Shown one piece after another: positions 7,762 to 17,542 of a stretch of DNA of 25,383 nt. The notes under the pieces were generated by a model. It was not told the origin of the DNA and ran no database searches. It saw nothing but the letters and a program-made list of their open reading frames with translations. Position 1 is the first letter of the stretch. Every line of letters begins with the position of its first letter. The stretch spans positions 1 through 25,383 of IMG/VR virus record IMGVR_UViG_3300037423_000845. One strand, written 5' to 3'. The translations under genes and the position numbers were made by a program. This DNA comes from a virus (Duplodnaviria > Caudoviricetes).

Positions 7762-10700
7762 TACGCAGCCTCCTCGGGCACTTCAAGGGTGCCGTCTTGC
7801 GGGGTGATATCGAGCGTGAGCGCGAGCCATGTCGCGCCTCGGCCGGTGCCGACCGTCGCGCCCGTGCCGGTCGGAGTGGCGTCTTCGATGCGCACGCGAA
7901 TCGACTGGCCTTCGCCGTTGTCGTTCGAGTCGTGACGGAGCTGCGTGATCGGCCAGCCAGCCGTCAGAAGGTTGCTTACGTTCGCGCTCGTCCACGTGTT
8001 CTGCGCGGCGTAGCTGGTGTTGTAGTTGTATCCGAGCGACACGGACAGGTCGGCATCGGTGCGCTTTCGCGCGAGCATGAGCAGGCGATTGAAGAACTGC
8101 CGCCCCTGAATGCCGGAGACCTTGAACCATCCGGTCTCGGCTACCATCGTGATCCACGTGGAGCCGTCGAGATACGTATCGTTTTCGATATAGAGCGTGC
8201 CGTCCGCGCCGAGCCATGCGTAACGCTCCTCGTTGTTGATGCTGACGGTGCACGCATCCTGCGAGGTCTGGTGGTCGACGGAGCCGTGCTTGTCGTCGAC
8301 GCTTTGCCAGTCGTTGATGACGGGGTCGTAGATGATGTCTCGACCGTTGCCGCTGACGAGCCCGCTCGTGATGGCGCTCGCGAGCGAGAAGCGGACGAGG
8401 TTGTTGTGCATGTCGAGCCTCGCGCTCGTGACGTACGGATAGGACGCGAGCGTGCGCTGTACCTTCTCCCCGATCCAGACGGCGCCGCCGCCACGCTGCA
8501 GGAGCTCGATGCCGCGGTGAGATCGGAAGAAGATACCCAGCGACGTGACCACAACGCTCGACGGCTCGATACAGCCGACGTCACCGGCAAGCCGTCGCGG
8601 CGTCCCGAGTCCGCCAGCGCTGCCATTATCGGCCGGCGTTTCGCCCGGCGCCGCCCAGATTGCCCGCTCTTTGAACGCGTAGAGCGTGCCGTCCTGCGCG
8701 GCGAGCGCGGTGATGTCGCCGTCGCCCTCCACGTTGACGAAGAATTGCTCGGCAGAGAACCACGTTCCTTCGCCGCCGATGGTCTGACCGGACCACCAAA
8801 GATCCGAGCCGCTCGCGACGACGAGCATGCCGGAGAAGCTGACGACGTCCGCGCAGTACGGGGGGGCCTCGCGCTGCAGCGGAGCACCGCCGGTGCCGGG
8901 GAGCGCGCCGGTGCCATAAAGTAGAGGCCGGTTGACGAGTGTGGCGTCGCTAACCGAGTCGGTCAGGGTCAGGTTGGAGCTGGTTTGCGATTGCGCTTCG
9001 GTCGTGCCGACGAGGTAGTAGACCTTCCCGCTCGCGACAGTGCGGTAGAACGCGACCGAGAGCGTTCGGTAATCGCGCGAGGTGATCATCAGCGGATCGC
9101 ACTCGAGCGTGATCGAGAATCCGGTGGCGGTATGCGCGAGCGGGTCGGACGCTCCGCTGATGGTGAGGTTCCCCGCCCCGTCAACCGAGGTGAAGACAAC
9201 CGCGTAGCTAACGTTACCCGTTGGTCCCGTTCCGGCGCCCGTGTTCGTCGCGGCTAGGTTTTGGGGTGTCTGCAGGATCGAGGCTTCCTGCACGCGATCG
9301 GTGGACAGGTACGAGAGGAGACCGCCGGACAGAAACGTCACGCCGTTGTGCCCGACGGAGCGCCAATTGAATCGATCTGTGAAGTCGAAGGCGACGACTT
9401 GGAACGACCTCACCGACGATGCACTGAGCCTCGTAACGACGTAGGCGGGTCGCCCATCCGGCAGCGTCAGCGGCTTCGTCGAGTAGTCGGTCGCGATCAG
9501 GTTCGGCGCAAGGAACGCATGCGGCGTCACCGCGAACCGCGGCGCCGTGGAGGAATACGTGACGTCCGCGAGCACAACGGAGTAGGCCGTGTCGCTGTCG
9601 TTGTCGGAGGCCGTGACCAGGGAATAGATCGCGCCGCCGCTAACGAATGGCTGGCTCGCCAGGTTCGTCCCGATGCAGTCCGGCGCAGAGTCCACCGCGA
9701 TAACGCCGCCGGAGTAGTGCACCGCAGCGCGGATGATTCGGCCGACGGGAGCCGGAAGCACATAGACGATCGCTGTCGTGGTCGATGTCGGAAGAACAAC
9801 CGGTGGCCGTGTCGTCATGAGCCCGCTGGTCGCGATCACGGTGCTGCCCGTAAGAGGGGCGAGAGTCGTCGGTGCAAATGCAGCGAGGCGCACGTTCAGC
9901 GTCTCGTCCCAGCACGCCCATAGGCTGGCGACGCCGTCGCTGCCGATCCCTACCTGATTCGGTGTGGTTGACGACGTGTTGACGGTGACGGTCGAGACCA
10001 GGCCTGATGCATTCGCAGTCTTGATGGTGAGTTGCGAGATGCCGCCGGAGTTGTTCGCGTAGGCAATCGCGACCGAGCTCGCGAGCGCGCACATGCTAAA
10101 CGCGAGATTCGAGGCGGTCTTCCGGTCGTTGATCGACAAAACAAGCGACCAGCCTGAGGCGATCGTCGTCGTCGACGTGCAGTCGATCTTGTAGAGGTCG
10201 ATGATGCCGAGGCCGCCGCCGGAAATGGCCGCGATAGCGCAGTAGGCGGTGCTGCCGACCGTAGCCAGGTGGACCTGATGCGATGAATACGCCGTCGAAA
10301 AACGCTCCGCGCGCAGCACGACAGAGGCGTCGTCGACCCGCTGCACTGTCGCATCGACGCGCGTTCCGCGATGCCCGTATGCGAGCACGAGGAAGCCGTT
10401 GCAGACGACCGCGTCATACGTGAGCGTGATGTCGCTCGGGACCGAGGCGATCAGCGGAATAGTCTTGACGGTGCAGCGCGGGGGTTTACCGGCCGCTGGA
10501 ACATTGGCGGTGAGACCTTCGGAATAGACGTCGACGCCACTGGTGCTGATGACGCATGGCGCGCCGTTGTGCGAGAGCAACCGCTGTCCGTCCGTGCGCG
10601 CGCTGCCACTCGTGCGGGACGAGGTGATGGTGCCGAACCCGAGGCGCTTCGATACGCCGCCGCGGCGATCCTGGCGGACGTTCTGCAGCACCGGAAACCC

Positions 10701-10787
10701 GGCCATCGGATCAAGGACTTCGTCCTCGGTCGACTCGTCTAGCGGCGCCGCGAAGGCGAGATGCGTCAGGCCGCGAGGCGTCGCCAT
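7761..10787 (-). CDS. Tail nozzle / DNA stabilisation protein (T7 gp12 or P22 gp10 equivalent; 1008 aa; start revised to MATPRGL)
   Basis: TGATG overlap at 10785-10789 supports this start. Beta-rich S/T/V/G composition, N-terminal LQNVRQDRRGGVSKRLG and later VGCIEPSSVVVTSLGIFFRSHRGIELL motifs, plus size and position typical of podoviral nozzle proteins. Confidence 0.75.
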   Translation of the reverse strand: MATPRGLTHLAFAAPLDESTEDEVLDPMAGFPVLQNVRQDRRGGVSKRLGFGTITSSRTSGSARTDGQRLLSHNGAPCVISTSGVDVYSEGLTANVPAAGKPPRCTVKTIPLIASVPSDITLTYDAVVCNGFLVLAYGHRGTRVDATVQRVDDASVVLRAERFSTAYSSHQVHLATVGSTAYCAIAAISGGGLGIIDLYKIDCTSTTTIASGWSLVLSINDRKTASNLAFSMCALASSVAIAYANNSGGISQLTIKTANASGLVSTVTVNTSSTTPNQVGIGSDGVASLWACWDETLNVRLAAFAPTTLAPLTGSTVIATSGLMTTRPPVVLPTSTTTAIVYVLPAPVGRIIRAAVHYSGGVIAVDSAPDCIGTNLASQPFVSGGAIYSLVTASDNDSDTAYSVVLADVTYSSTAPRFAVTPHAFLAPNLIATDYSTKPLTLPDGRPAYVVTRLSASSVRSFQVVAFDFTDRFNWRSVGHNGVTFLSGGLLSYLSTDRVQEASILQTPQNLAATNTGAGTGPTGNVSYAVVFTSVDGAGNLTISGASDPLAHTATGFSITLECDPLMITSRDYRTLSVAFYRTVASGKVYYLVGTTEAQSQTSSNLTLTDSVSDATLVNRPLLYGTGALPGTGGAPLQREAPPYCADVVSFSGMLVVASGSDLWWSGQTIGGEGTWFSAEQFFVNVEGDGDITALAAQDGTLYAFKERAIWAAPGETPADNGSAGGLGTPRRLAGDVGCIEPSSVVVTSLGIFFRSHRGIELLQRGGGAVWIGEKVQRTLASYPYVTSARLDMHNNLVRFSLASAITSGLVSGNGRDIIYDPVINDWQSVDDKHGSVDHQTSQDACTVSINNEERYAWLGADGTLYIENDTYLDGSTWITMVAETGWFKVSGIQGRQFFNRLLMLARKRTDADLSVSLGYNYNTSYAAQNTWTSANVSNLLTAGWPITQLRHDSNDNGEGQSIRVRIEDATPTGTGATVGTGRGATWLALTLDITPQDGTLEVPEEAA

Positions 10788-11188
10788 CAGCCGTCGACCT
10801 CCTCGACGCGCACGGTGACCACACCCGCGGTCGTTGACAGGAGGACGAGCACGTCGTCCGTGGACGCTGATGCGTCTCGGATCATGCCGCCGTTGCTGGT
10901 CGTGCAGTCGGTGACCCACCAGCGAACGCGGCCGCCGAAGCCGTGAGGGAGCAGGTACTGCGTGACGCCGTCGCCGTTGACCGAGACGTCTTCGTGGTCG
11001 ATGCGACGCGGGCATGGTCGACGGCCGATGGCCATGATCTCCCGTATGACGGAGGCCATCATTCGAGCGAGCGTCGGCGTGTCCTTGACCTGCTCCTCGG
11101 TGACGTGGACGTGCGGTTCTGCCGAGACGACGAGCGCGCGCACCTTGCCGTTCGCGTCGACGACGGCGGCGGAGGGCGGCCTGATCAT
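10787..11188 (-). CDS. Small virion structural protein (tail-associated, putative)
   Basis: 133 aa, coupled at both ends. Helical N-half, then beta-rich half with LPHGFGGRVRWWV (HGLG-type motif of small tail proteins). Confidence 0.6.
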   Translation of the reverse strand: MIRPPSAAVVDANGKVRALVVSAEPHVHVTEEQVKDTPTLARMMASVIREIMAIGRRPCPRRIDHEDVSVNGDGVTQYLLPHGFGGRVRWWVTDCTTSNGGMIRDASASTDDVLVLLSTTAGVVTVRVEEVDG

Positions 11189-11886
11189 CGCGAGCGCCCG
11201 CTGTACGCACGACCCCAGCGGTCACGCGAGTAAGTGTCGATGATGCGCGGCGGGCTGTTGCGGTCGCGGTTGCGGCCGAGCATGTCGATCTCCGGCTCAA
11301 GCTCCGCCATCACGGCCTTGCACTCAGCGACGAGATCCCAGTTCTTGTCCTTCGTCGCAACCTTGCGCGCGGCGTACGCGATAACGTACTCGTCCAGGCG
11401 CGAGATGGTGTCCCACGTCGTGACGTCCGCGGCGAGCTGCGGCGCGGTCGGCACGTACCAGACGAGCGGCGCGTAATTGGAGTCCGGCGACGGAAGCAGT
11501 TCGATGTTCGCTCCTCGAAGGCGATACACGAGAGGTACGCCCGTGTTGGGCACGTCGGGCGAGATGAGGTATGGCCGCTCCGCCATCTCGTAGGCCTGGA
11601 GCCAGCGGCGCGATCCGTCGGCGGTCAGTTCGATCGAGATGAGGTAGTCGAAGTCGCCCGGGAGCGAGTACGTCGTCTGGCCCGAGACCGTCGTGATGGT
11701 GGTGGATGCCAGAAAGCGCTGGTCCGGCAGTGCCACCGTGAGGCGACGGTGCACGGACCCTAGCGCGCGACAGATGTAGTCGTTCAGATCGGCGTCCGGA
11801 TGGCGCGCGAGCGCAGTCGTGCCCTGGATGTTCGCGAGCTTGCGAACCCCGTTGCGCATCTGCAGCAGGCTTTGATTCAGCGCCAT
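11185..11886 (-). CDS. Head-to-tail adaptor (connector) protein
   Basis: 233 aa with D..LNDYI..AL, TVSGQTTYSLPGDF, IELLPSPD and YVIAYAA motifs typical of podoviral adaptors. GAGG upstream; lies between capsid and nozzle genes. Confidence 0.8.
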   Translation of the reverse strand: MALNQSLLQMRNGVRKLANIQGTTALARHPDADLNDYICRALGSVHRRLTVALPDQRFLASTTITTVSGQTTYSLPGDFDYLISIELTADGSRRWLQAYEMAERPYLISPDVPNTGVPLVYRLRGANIELLPSPDSNYAPLVWYVPTAPQLAADVTTWDTISRLDEYVIAYAARKVATKDKNWDLVAECKAVMAELEPEIDMLGRNRDRNSPPRIIDTYSRDRWGRAYSGRSR

Positions 11887-11898
11887 CCAGACCTCACG

Positions 11899-12135
11899 TC
11901 AGTACGACTTGTTGGTGCAGGCTTTGACAAGGCTGACGAGTGCGCTTGCCGCGCCGTCGTCGTCGCCGTCCTTGATCGCGCTGACAACGAGCTTCGCGTA
12001 TTGCTTCTCGTCGCCGCCACCCTCGCCCTCGGCGGACTCGTCGTCGGCCATGGGCGGAGCCTTGTCGGGGGGCATCGCCCCGCCACCCTTCGGTGGCGAG
12101 GCCTTGCCCAGAATGAGCGCGAGTCCGCCCTTCAT
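11899..12135 (-). CDS. Small acidic hypothetical protein (78 aa)
   Basis: ATGA overlap with the upstream gene; fills the gap before the adaptor. LVVSAIKDGDDDGAASAL helical hairpin. Confidence 0.7.
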   Translation of the reverse strand: MKGGLALILGKASPPKGGGAMPPDKAPPMADDESAEGEGGGDEKQYAKLVVSAIKDGDDDGAASALVSLVKACTNKSY

Positions 12136-12524
12136 CCGGTAAACCGGTCGTTGAGCTGGTCGCAGGAAGCGCCGAACGTGAGGTAGACGACGTCACCGCT
12201 CGCGGGAGCCGTCGCCGTGCCGGCGCTGTTCGTCGAGACCGACGTAAGCACCAGAGTGCCGTCCGTCGCGACGTTGTTGGTCGTGATCTGCATCGCGAGC
12301 GGATCGGCGCCAGTGGCCTTCGCCCAGCTCTGCGAGAACTCGGTGATCTCCGCATACGCCTTCGGCAGCGTCACGGTGAACGTGGTGGTCGTCGTCTTCG
12401 CAATCGTCGCATCCTTCGAGCGGTACGAGACCGCCGAGGACGCGCCGAACGTGCAACGGATCTTGAAGACGTGCTCGGAGTAGACGTTGGTCATCGGCCC
12501 CGGGCAGAGAACGGGCTCGCTCAT
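12132..12524 (-). CDS. Putative capsid decoration / minor structural protein (130 aa)
   Basis: Thr/Ser/Ala-rich beta-type sequence with GC3-biased codons; second gene after the major capsid gene. Function inferred from position. Confidence 0.6.
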   Translation of the reverse strand: MSEPVLCPGPMTNVYSEHVFKIRCTFGASSAVSYRSKDATIAKTTTTTFTVTLPKAYAEITEFSQSWAKATGADPLAMQITTNNVATDGTLVLTSVSTNSAGTATAPASGDVVYLTFGASCDQLNDRFTG

Positions 12525-12526
12525 GG

Positions 12527-13021
12527 CTAGACCCGCTCGAACTCGAGGATGAACTCACCCGCGCGGAACACGACGCCGGTGCCGGTCTTCGCGATCGCGT
12601 AGGTGATGGTGCTGAGAGCGTCGACGACGACGTTCGCATCGGTGTTGACCAGCGCGATGTTGGCGCCCTGGGTGACGTTGCCGCTGGAGGCGACCGTCGT
12701 GGTCAGCGTCGCGATCGCGAGCTGGTTCGCCGCCGCGGAGTCACGCTTGTAGATCGTGACCGTCGCGTAGTTCGACGCATCGGCGGTGATGCCGCCGGTC
12801 GTCGCGCAGAAGTACACCTTCTTGAGGCGCGCCTTGTGGAGGACGGCCTTGCCCGTGTACGTCTCGCTCGTCGTCGTGGACGCCATGCCGTCGTCGGACG
12901 ACTTCGAGAACGTCACGAAGAACGTGTTTTGCTGCGCGACCGCCGTGTTCGGATCGGTGCACCCGTAGGTCTGAGCGCGCGCCGCGTCGCGGTACTTGAT
13001 AATCTGCATATCGGTGGCCAT
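12527..13021 (-). CDS. Putative capsid decoration / cement protein (164 aa)
   Basis: Directly follows the major capsid gene with a strong AAGGAG Shine-Dalgarno; Thr/Ala-rich beta-sandwich-like sequence. Function inferred from position. Confidence 0.6.
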   Translation of the reverse strand: MATDMQIIKYRDAARAQTYGCTDPNTAVAQQNTFFVTFSKSSDDGMASTTTSETYTGKAVLHKARLKKVYFCATTGGITADASNYATVTIYKRDSAAANQLAIATLTTTVASSGNVTQGANIALVNTDANVVVDALSTITYAIAKTGTGVVFRAGEFILEFERV

Positions 13022-13033
13022 GAGGTGCTCCTT

Positions 13034-14293
13034 TCAGCCCGTCTTCACGCGGACGTTGGGCCAGGGGTTGTCGCAGTAGAGCTGCATGTCGCCGACCGCT
13101 CGGACCTCGCGCGCATCCGCGGCGTCTTCGAGCATCGGACCGTTGGGGGTCGCGTCGTCGTCCCAGTGGAAGAACTCACCGCACGACGCCTTCGTGAAGG
13201 TCTCCGTGCAGAGGAAGCGCTCCACCGTCGTGGGCATCCACGGGTCGGCGATCACGTCCGTCGTGCCGGCGGGACCGACGAGGCGGATAGCGTCGTACTC
13301 GACGCCGAGGGAGAGGCCGCCCTGCGAAGCCGCGGGCGACTTCGTGAGCTGCACCTTGTTGCCAAGCTCGATCTGAAGGTCGACCCACGCCTGCGTGGAG
13401 ACGAGGTAGACCGTGCGGCCGTCCGCCTGCCCCGAGTCGGCCGAAGCCTGCGAGGCGAGGAGGAACCGCTGGTACGGGCTCTTCCCGGTGAGGTTGAGGC
13501 AGATGCCCGCGAGCTGCTCGGGCGCATCGCTGCGCGTGACACCGAGGAAGGTCGACGGCGAGCCGGCCGACCAGTCCGGGAGCCACGCATCGAGGCCGTA
13601 GAAGACGTTCGACGGACCGAACGCGCCGTCGCGGAAGAGATACGACGTGGTCGTGATGCCGGGAATGGCGCTCGACCACGAGGTCTCGTTGATGGTGATC
13701 GTCGGCGCCGACGGGGTGCCGCCGACCGAGGCGACCGTGACGGTGCCCGGAAGGACCGCGCCGGTCGTGCCGTCCGTCGTCGCCGCCTGCAGCGTCATTC
13801 CCTTGACGATGCGGCGGCGGTCGACGCCCTTATCGAGGGTGATGGTCTGAGACGTGAGCGTCGACGTCGACAGGATGCGGCCGAGGGAGCCGCCGCCGTT
13901 GCCGTGGATGAACGACGAGAAGTCGTTCTTGGCCTGGTTCATCAGGCCCTTGCTGTCGCGGACCATCGGGTCCTTGAGCAGCGCGCGGTTGCCGGTGAAC
14001 TTCGCGCGGCGCCAGATGTCGCCCTGGATCGAGAAGTTGCCGTAGTACGACGAAAGCTGGACCTGGAACTCGACGGCGGTGGAGGCCGTCTTGTTCCGCT
14101 TCGCAGCGCCGAAGTCGCCGAGGCCCTGCGGGGGGCTCGTGCCGACGGTGACGTAGCGAATCTTCTCGCCGAACTTCGTGTCGGTCTTGAAGAGTCCGAG
14201 TGCCGGAGAGCCTTTGAGGATCTGCTCGGCGATGGCCGCGTCGGGCCAGATGTTTCGAATGAGCTTGTAGGTTGAGAGTTGTGCGGCAGGCAT
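13034..14293 (-). CDS. Major capsid protein (419 aa)
   Basis: Follows portal and scaffold. FSSFIHGNGGGSLG, GLDAWLP..FLGVTRS, VIADPWMP and C-terminal GDMQLYCDNPWPN motifs; very strong codon bias; GGGGAGG Shine-Dalgarno. Confidence 0.88.
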   Translation of the reverse strand: MPAAQLSTYKLIRNIWPDAAIAEQILKGSPALGLFKTDTKFGEKIRYVTVGTSPPQGLGDFGAAKRNKTASTAVEFQVQLSSYYGNFSIQGDIWRRAKFTGNRALLKDPMVRDSKGLMNQAKNDFSSFIHGNGGGSLGRILSTSTLTSQTITLDKGVDRRRIVKGMTLQAATTDGTTGAVLPGTVTVASVGGTPSAPTITINETSWSSAIPGITTTSYLFRDGAFGPSNVFYGLDAWLPDWSAGSPSTFLGVTRSDAPEQLAGICLNLTGKSPYQRFLLASQASADSGQADGRTVYLVSTQAWVDLQIELGNKVQLTKSPAASQGGLSLGVEYDAIRLVGPAGTTDVIADPWMPTTVERFLCTETFTKASCGEFFHWDDDATPNGPMLEDAADAREVRAVGDMQLYCDNPWPNVRVKTG

Positions 14294-14325
14294 GCGGGCC
14301 TCCCCGCACGCGCCTCAGGACGCTC

Positions 14326-15306
14326 TCAGAAGCCGAAGGCGATGGCCGCGCGCTCTTCCAGACTCATCTTGGCGAGCTCGGCGGCCTCGTCGACGACGCT
14401 GGAGCGCTGTTGCGCGAGCGTGTTCGTGACGTGGGTGGGCGCCTGAGCTGCGGCGTGGTTCGTGCGGGGGATGGTCGCTTGCGGTCGCTGGTTGGCGGGC
14501 GATGCGCCCGGATTCCAAGCCGTCAATTGCTTATGACGGCTGAGGAGCAAATCTTCCACGTCGTCGAGCACGGCTTGCGCGCCGCCGCCGACGACATTCG
14601 GGAGCACCGCTTCGACGACCTTCCGGAACTCCTCCGGTCCGTACGCCTGGAGAAACGATGCGGCGTACGGAGACGTCGCGGCGTTCTCGGCGGTGAATGC
14701 AGCGAGCTGCTGGTGCGCGGAGTCTTCCGCGGCGCGCTGCTGCACAGTCTGCTGCTGTTCGACGAAGCTCTCGAGCTTCTTCGACGTTTCGTCGAGCTTC
14801 GCTTGGAGGCGCGCGATCTCCGGATCGACTGCCGAGCGCGCAGCGCGTACCGCCGCCTGCGACGGGTCAGCCATCTGCTCGCGAAGCCACGAGCCGAGCT
14901 CCTGCGCGGTGAGGTTCGGGTTCTGCGCGGCGAGGTCGAAGAACTGCTCTTTCGTGAGCTTCGACGGATCGACGTACGACTCGTACGCCTTCGTCCGCGC
15001 CTCGGCGTCAGCGAGCTGCTTTCGGAGCTGCTCGGCCTCGCGCACCGCGGTCTTGGCGTCGACTTGCGCGCGACTCTTCGCGTTGAGCTCTGCGAGCTTC
15101 GCGCGACGCTCCGCGCGCGCCTGAGCGAGCGGGTCCGATGCCTCCGAGCCTGCCGGCGAAGCGGCGTCTGATGCGGGGGGAGGGGGGCTGCCACCCTCGC
15201 CAGCAGGATCCGAGGGACCGAAGACGGAGTCGATGCGCTCGTCCAGCGAGGGCATCGCCTCGGTGGCTGACGCGGTGTTCGTGGTGGATGCGTTTGCTTC
15301 GCTCAT
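14326..15306 (-). CDS. Capsid scaffolding protein (326 aa)
   Basis: Between portal and capsid genes. Disordered N-terminus, long A/E/Q/K-rich coiled coil, HVTNTL and a short C-terminal helix MSLEERAAIAFGF. Confidence 0.8.
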   Translation of the reverse strand: MSEANASTTNTASATEAMPSLDERIDSVFGPSDPAGEGGSPPPPASDAASPAGSEASDPLAQARAERRAKLAELNAKSRAQVDAKTAVREAEQLRKQLADAEARTKAYESYVDPSKLTKEQFFDLAAQNPNLTAQELGSWLREQMADPSQAAVRAARSAVDPEIARLQAKLDETSKKLESFVEQQQTVQQRAAEDSAHQQLAAFTAENAATSPYAASFLQAYGPEEFRKVVEAVLPNVVGGGAQAVLDDVEDLLLSRHKQLTAWNPGASPANQRPQATIPRTNHAAAQAPTHVTNTLAQQRSSVVDEAAELAKMSLEERAAIAFGF

Positions 15307-15312
15307 AGGTCC

Positions 15313-17307
15313 TCAGGCCGCCATTGCTGTAGGCGGCGCAGGCATGGGTGCAGGTCCGCCCGGCATCGGCGCGGCGGCGCCCGGAATAGGCAGTCCGTTG
15401 ATGTTGGCGGGCGACGGGCCCGGCATGGCCGGCGTCATCTTTTGGATCTCCACCTGGCACTGCTTCTGGAAGCGGCGGAGGAGATCGAGGTTGTATTCGG
15501 GCATCCCGTCGAGCAGCCCTCGGTTGTAGAACTGCTGCGCGCGCTCCGCGGCCCACTGGAACGGCTGGTACGCCGTGGGCGGCATGTACGCGTCCTCGCC
15601 CTCTTCCTCGTCGGCGTCGCGCATTCGCTCGAGCATCTCGTCGACGACGAGTTGTTTCGCCGTCTCCAGATCGAACTCGGCTTGCAGGTCCGGGTCTTCG
15701 GTGAGGCGCATGTACGTCAGGCGGTCGATCCGCTGATCGAGCCACATGTCGTTGAGCATCTGCAGGCGCGCGGCCGGCTGCTGCGGGAGCGTCGACGTCG
15801 GGAAGACGCGGAGCTGTACGCCGTCGACGACGACGTCCTTCCACTTCAGCGGCAGCATGCTGTTCTTGCCGCGAAGCGGAACGGACACGGCGAAGTCGCC
15901 ATGCGTCTCCGCGATGAGCTTTGCGCAATCGATGAAGCGGCGCGACAGCTCCAGGTTCCACGCCTCGTAGGCGCGGCCGGGCATCATGAATCGCTCGGTC
16001 TCGATGTCGTCGAGCGTCTGCAGCGCGATGGCAGCGGAGATGCCGGCGGGCTTCTCGCTCTGCACGCTCATCTCGGAGAGGCCCACGTCGTTGAGCGCGT
16101 CCTCGCGGAGCTCGCGTGGGCGAGCGCGCATGTGCTCGTTCACCAGATCCGCGTGGAAGATTTGCGGCACGCCGCCGGGCGCATGGCTCGTGACGTTGAT
16201 GCCGTTGCGGTAGTCCTGGCTGCTTACCTTTGCGTTGTCCGGCGTCAGAATGTGGACGCCCGAGAGTCGGTACTGCTGCGAGAGGATCTCGCTCGTCTCG
16301 TTGATGGCGTATTGGTAGCCCTCGAGCTGCTCGACGAGGCCGGTGCCCTTCGATCCGACTACGGGCTCGTTGTAATTGAGCTGGACGTCGGGGAAGTAGT
16401 CGTACTCCCACGGCTCATCGATGAGCACGCCCGCGGTCGTGAACACAACGTGGCGGCCGGTGCACCGGTGTTTCTTCGGACGCGATCCGCGACCGCGCTC
16501 TTCACCGGTGCCTTCGTCCGCGTCGTCATCTTCGCTTGTCTCGCGCGCTTCGGCGTCGGCCTCGCGCTCGTCGTCGTGCGCGTCGGGATCGTCGCAGAGG
16601 TGGTACGCGTCCACGACGTGGATGCGCTGCACGGTGCTGGTCGTGACGTTGTCGTCGATGCCGGTCGAGAACAGAGAGGCCTTCTCGATCGCAGCCTTGA
16701 TGTCCTGCTTCCAACCGCCGGCCTCCGTGCGTGCGAACGTCTCGAGCGCCACGCCCTGATCCATCGAGCGCAGATAGAATCGGTTCCGCGGCGAGCCGTA
16801 GCGCGCGTCCCAGTCGTCATCGAAGACTTCCCACGGGAAGCGGCGTTCGACTCGGATGCGCCGTCCGCTGACGAAGACGCAGAGGTGGCCGCGCCCGAAG
16901 ATGAGCGCATCGCGCACGATCATCGGCGCCCACTTCTCGAAGATGCGCTGGCGATAGAACTCGCCCTCGAGAAACTGCGTCATCTTCCGCGCACGCTTCT
17001 GGTTCGTCCACGTGCCGTGCGTGGACATCACCTGCGGAAGCGGCCGATGCTTCGCGATCTTCGACTGCAGCGTGTCGACGCCGCCGCGACAGACGTTGTG
17101 CGGGAGCGTCGCCTGGTCGTATTCGGCCCAGCGCATCGAAGCGCCGCGTACACCGTAGCGCTCGCTCTGCTTGTAAAAGCCGAGATGCAGCTCGTCGGCC
17201 TCGACGCGCCACTCGTTCTCCTCGCGAACGGTCTGGAATACCGCCGTGAGCGCGCCGTGAAGCGCGTCGCCCTTCTGAGTAGGCCAGTCGGCGTTAGCGG
17301 ATTGCAC
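15313..17307 (-). CDS. Portal protein (664 aa)
   Basis: NVCRGGVDTLQSKIAKHRPLP, RDALIFGRG, PWEYDYFP, GLSEMSVQSEKPAGISAAIALQTLDDIETERF motifs; Pro-rich C-terminal tail; size and position fit. GTG start overlaps the upstream small gene. Confidence 0.88.
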   Translation of the reverse strand: MQSANADWPTQKGDALHGALTAVFQTVREENEWRVEADELHLGFYKQSERYGVRGASMRWAEYDQATLPHNVCRGGVDTLQSKIAKHRPLPQVMSTHGTWTNQKRARKMTQFLEGEFYRQRIFEKWAPMIVRDALIFGRGHLCVFVSGRRIRVERRFPWEVFDDDWDARYGSPRNRFYLRSMDQGVALETFARTEAGGWKQDIKAAIEKASLFSTGIDDNVTTSTVQRIHVVDAYHLCDDPDAHDDEREADAEARETSEDDDADEGTGEERGRGSRPKKHRCTGRHVVFTTAGVLIDEPWEYDYFPDVQLNYNEPVVGSKGTGLVEQLEGYQYAINETSEILSQQYRLSGVHILTPDNAKVSSQDYRNGINVTSHAPGGVPQIFHADLVNEHMRARPRELREDALNDVGLSEMSVQSEKPAGISAAIALQTLDDIETERFMMPGRAYEAWNLELSRRFIDCAKLIAETHGDFAVSVPLRGKNSMLPLKWKDVVVDGVQLRVFPTSTLPQQPAARLQMLNDMWLDQRIDRLTYMRLTEDPDLQAEFDLETAKQLVVDEMLERMRDADEEEGEDAYMPPTAYQPFQWAAERAQQFYNRGLLDGMPEYNLDLLRRFQKQCQVEIQKMTPAMPGPSPANINGLPIPGAAAPMPGGPAPMPAPPTAMAA

Positions 17308-17521
17308 GCGGACGAGGTCCGCCGGAGGCGCCGAACTTCAAGCGCTGTACGCGCTGAATGTTCGCCATCTCGGCTTCTGCTGTCCGCTGGGTCTCGCCCC
17401 TGTCATCGGGGCGTGCGTTCGGATCCGGACCGAGCTCGATGTCGCCAAACTTCGTCACGCCGAGCGCGCGCATTTGCGCGACGATGGCGGGAAGCTGGGA
17501 CGGGTCGATGGGTCCGGTCAT
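17294..17521 (-). CDS. Small hypothetical protein preceding the portal (75 aa)
   Basis: First ATG after the promoter at 17588-17616; MRALGVTKFGDIELGP motif; overlaps the portal start. Confidence 0.7.
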   Translation of the reverse strand: MTGPIDPSQLPAIVAQMRALGVTKFGDIELGPDPNARPDDRGETQRTAEAEMANIQRVQRLKFGASGGPRPRAIR

Positions 17522-17542
17522 GAAAGGGCGGGGCCTGATGTT

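Noticed and set aside
10788-11300. N-terminal extension of the 1179-aa ORF (likewise extensions of ORFs 23271-24926, 21747-22637, 17726-18205, 18076-18468, 24367-25053)
   Set aside because: The extensions are low-complexity off-frame readings of upstream genes. Stop/start overlaps or a strong Shine-Dalgarno define better internal starts.
13022-13060. Programmed frameshift or readthrough extending the major capsid protein
   Set aside because: No slippery heptamer near the stop, and the next gene has its own strong Shine-Dalgarno.
1086-17523. Long plus-strand ORFs (1086-2978, 3608-5698, 5521-7935, 7797-8924, 12836-14275, 15442-17523)
   Set aside because: They are antisense shadows of GC3-biased minus-strand genes: Arg/Leu/Val/His-rich, with no motifs or ribosome-binding sites, and fully overlapping well-supported genes.
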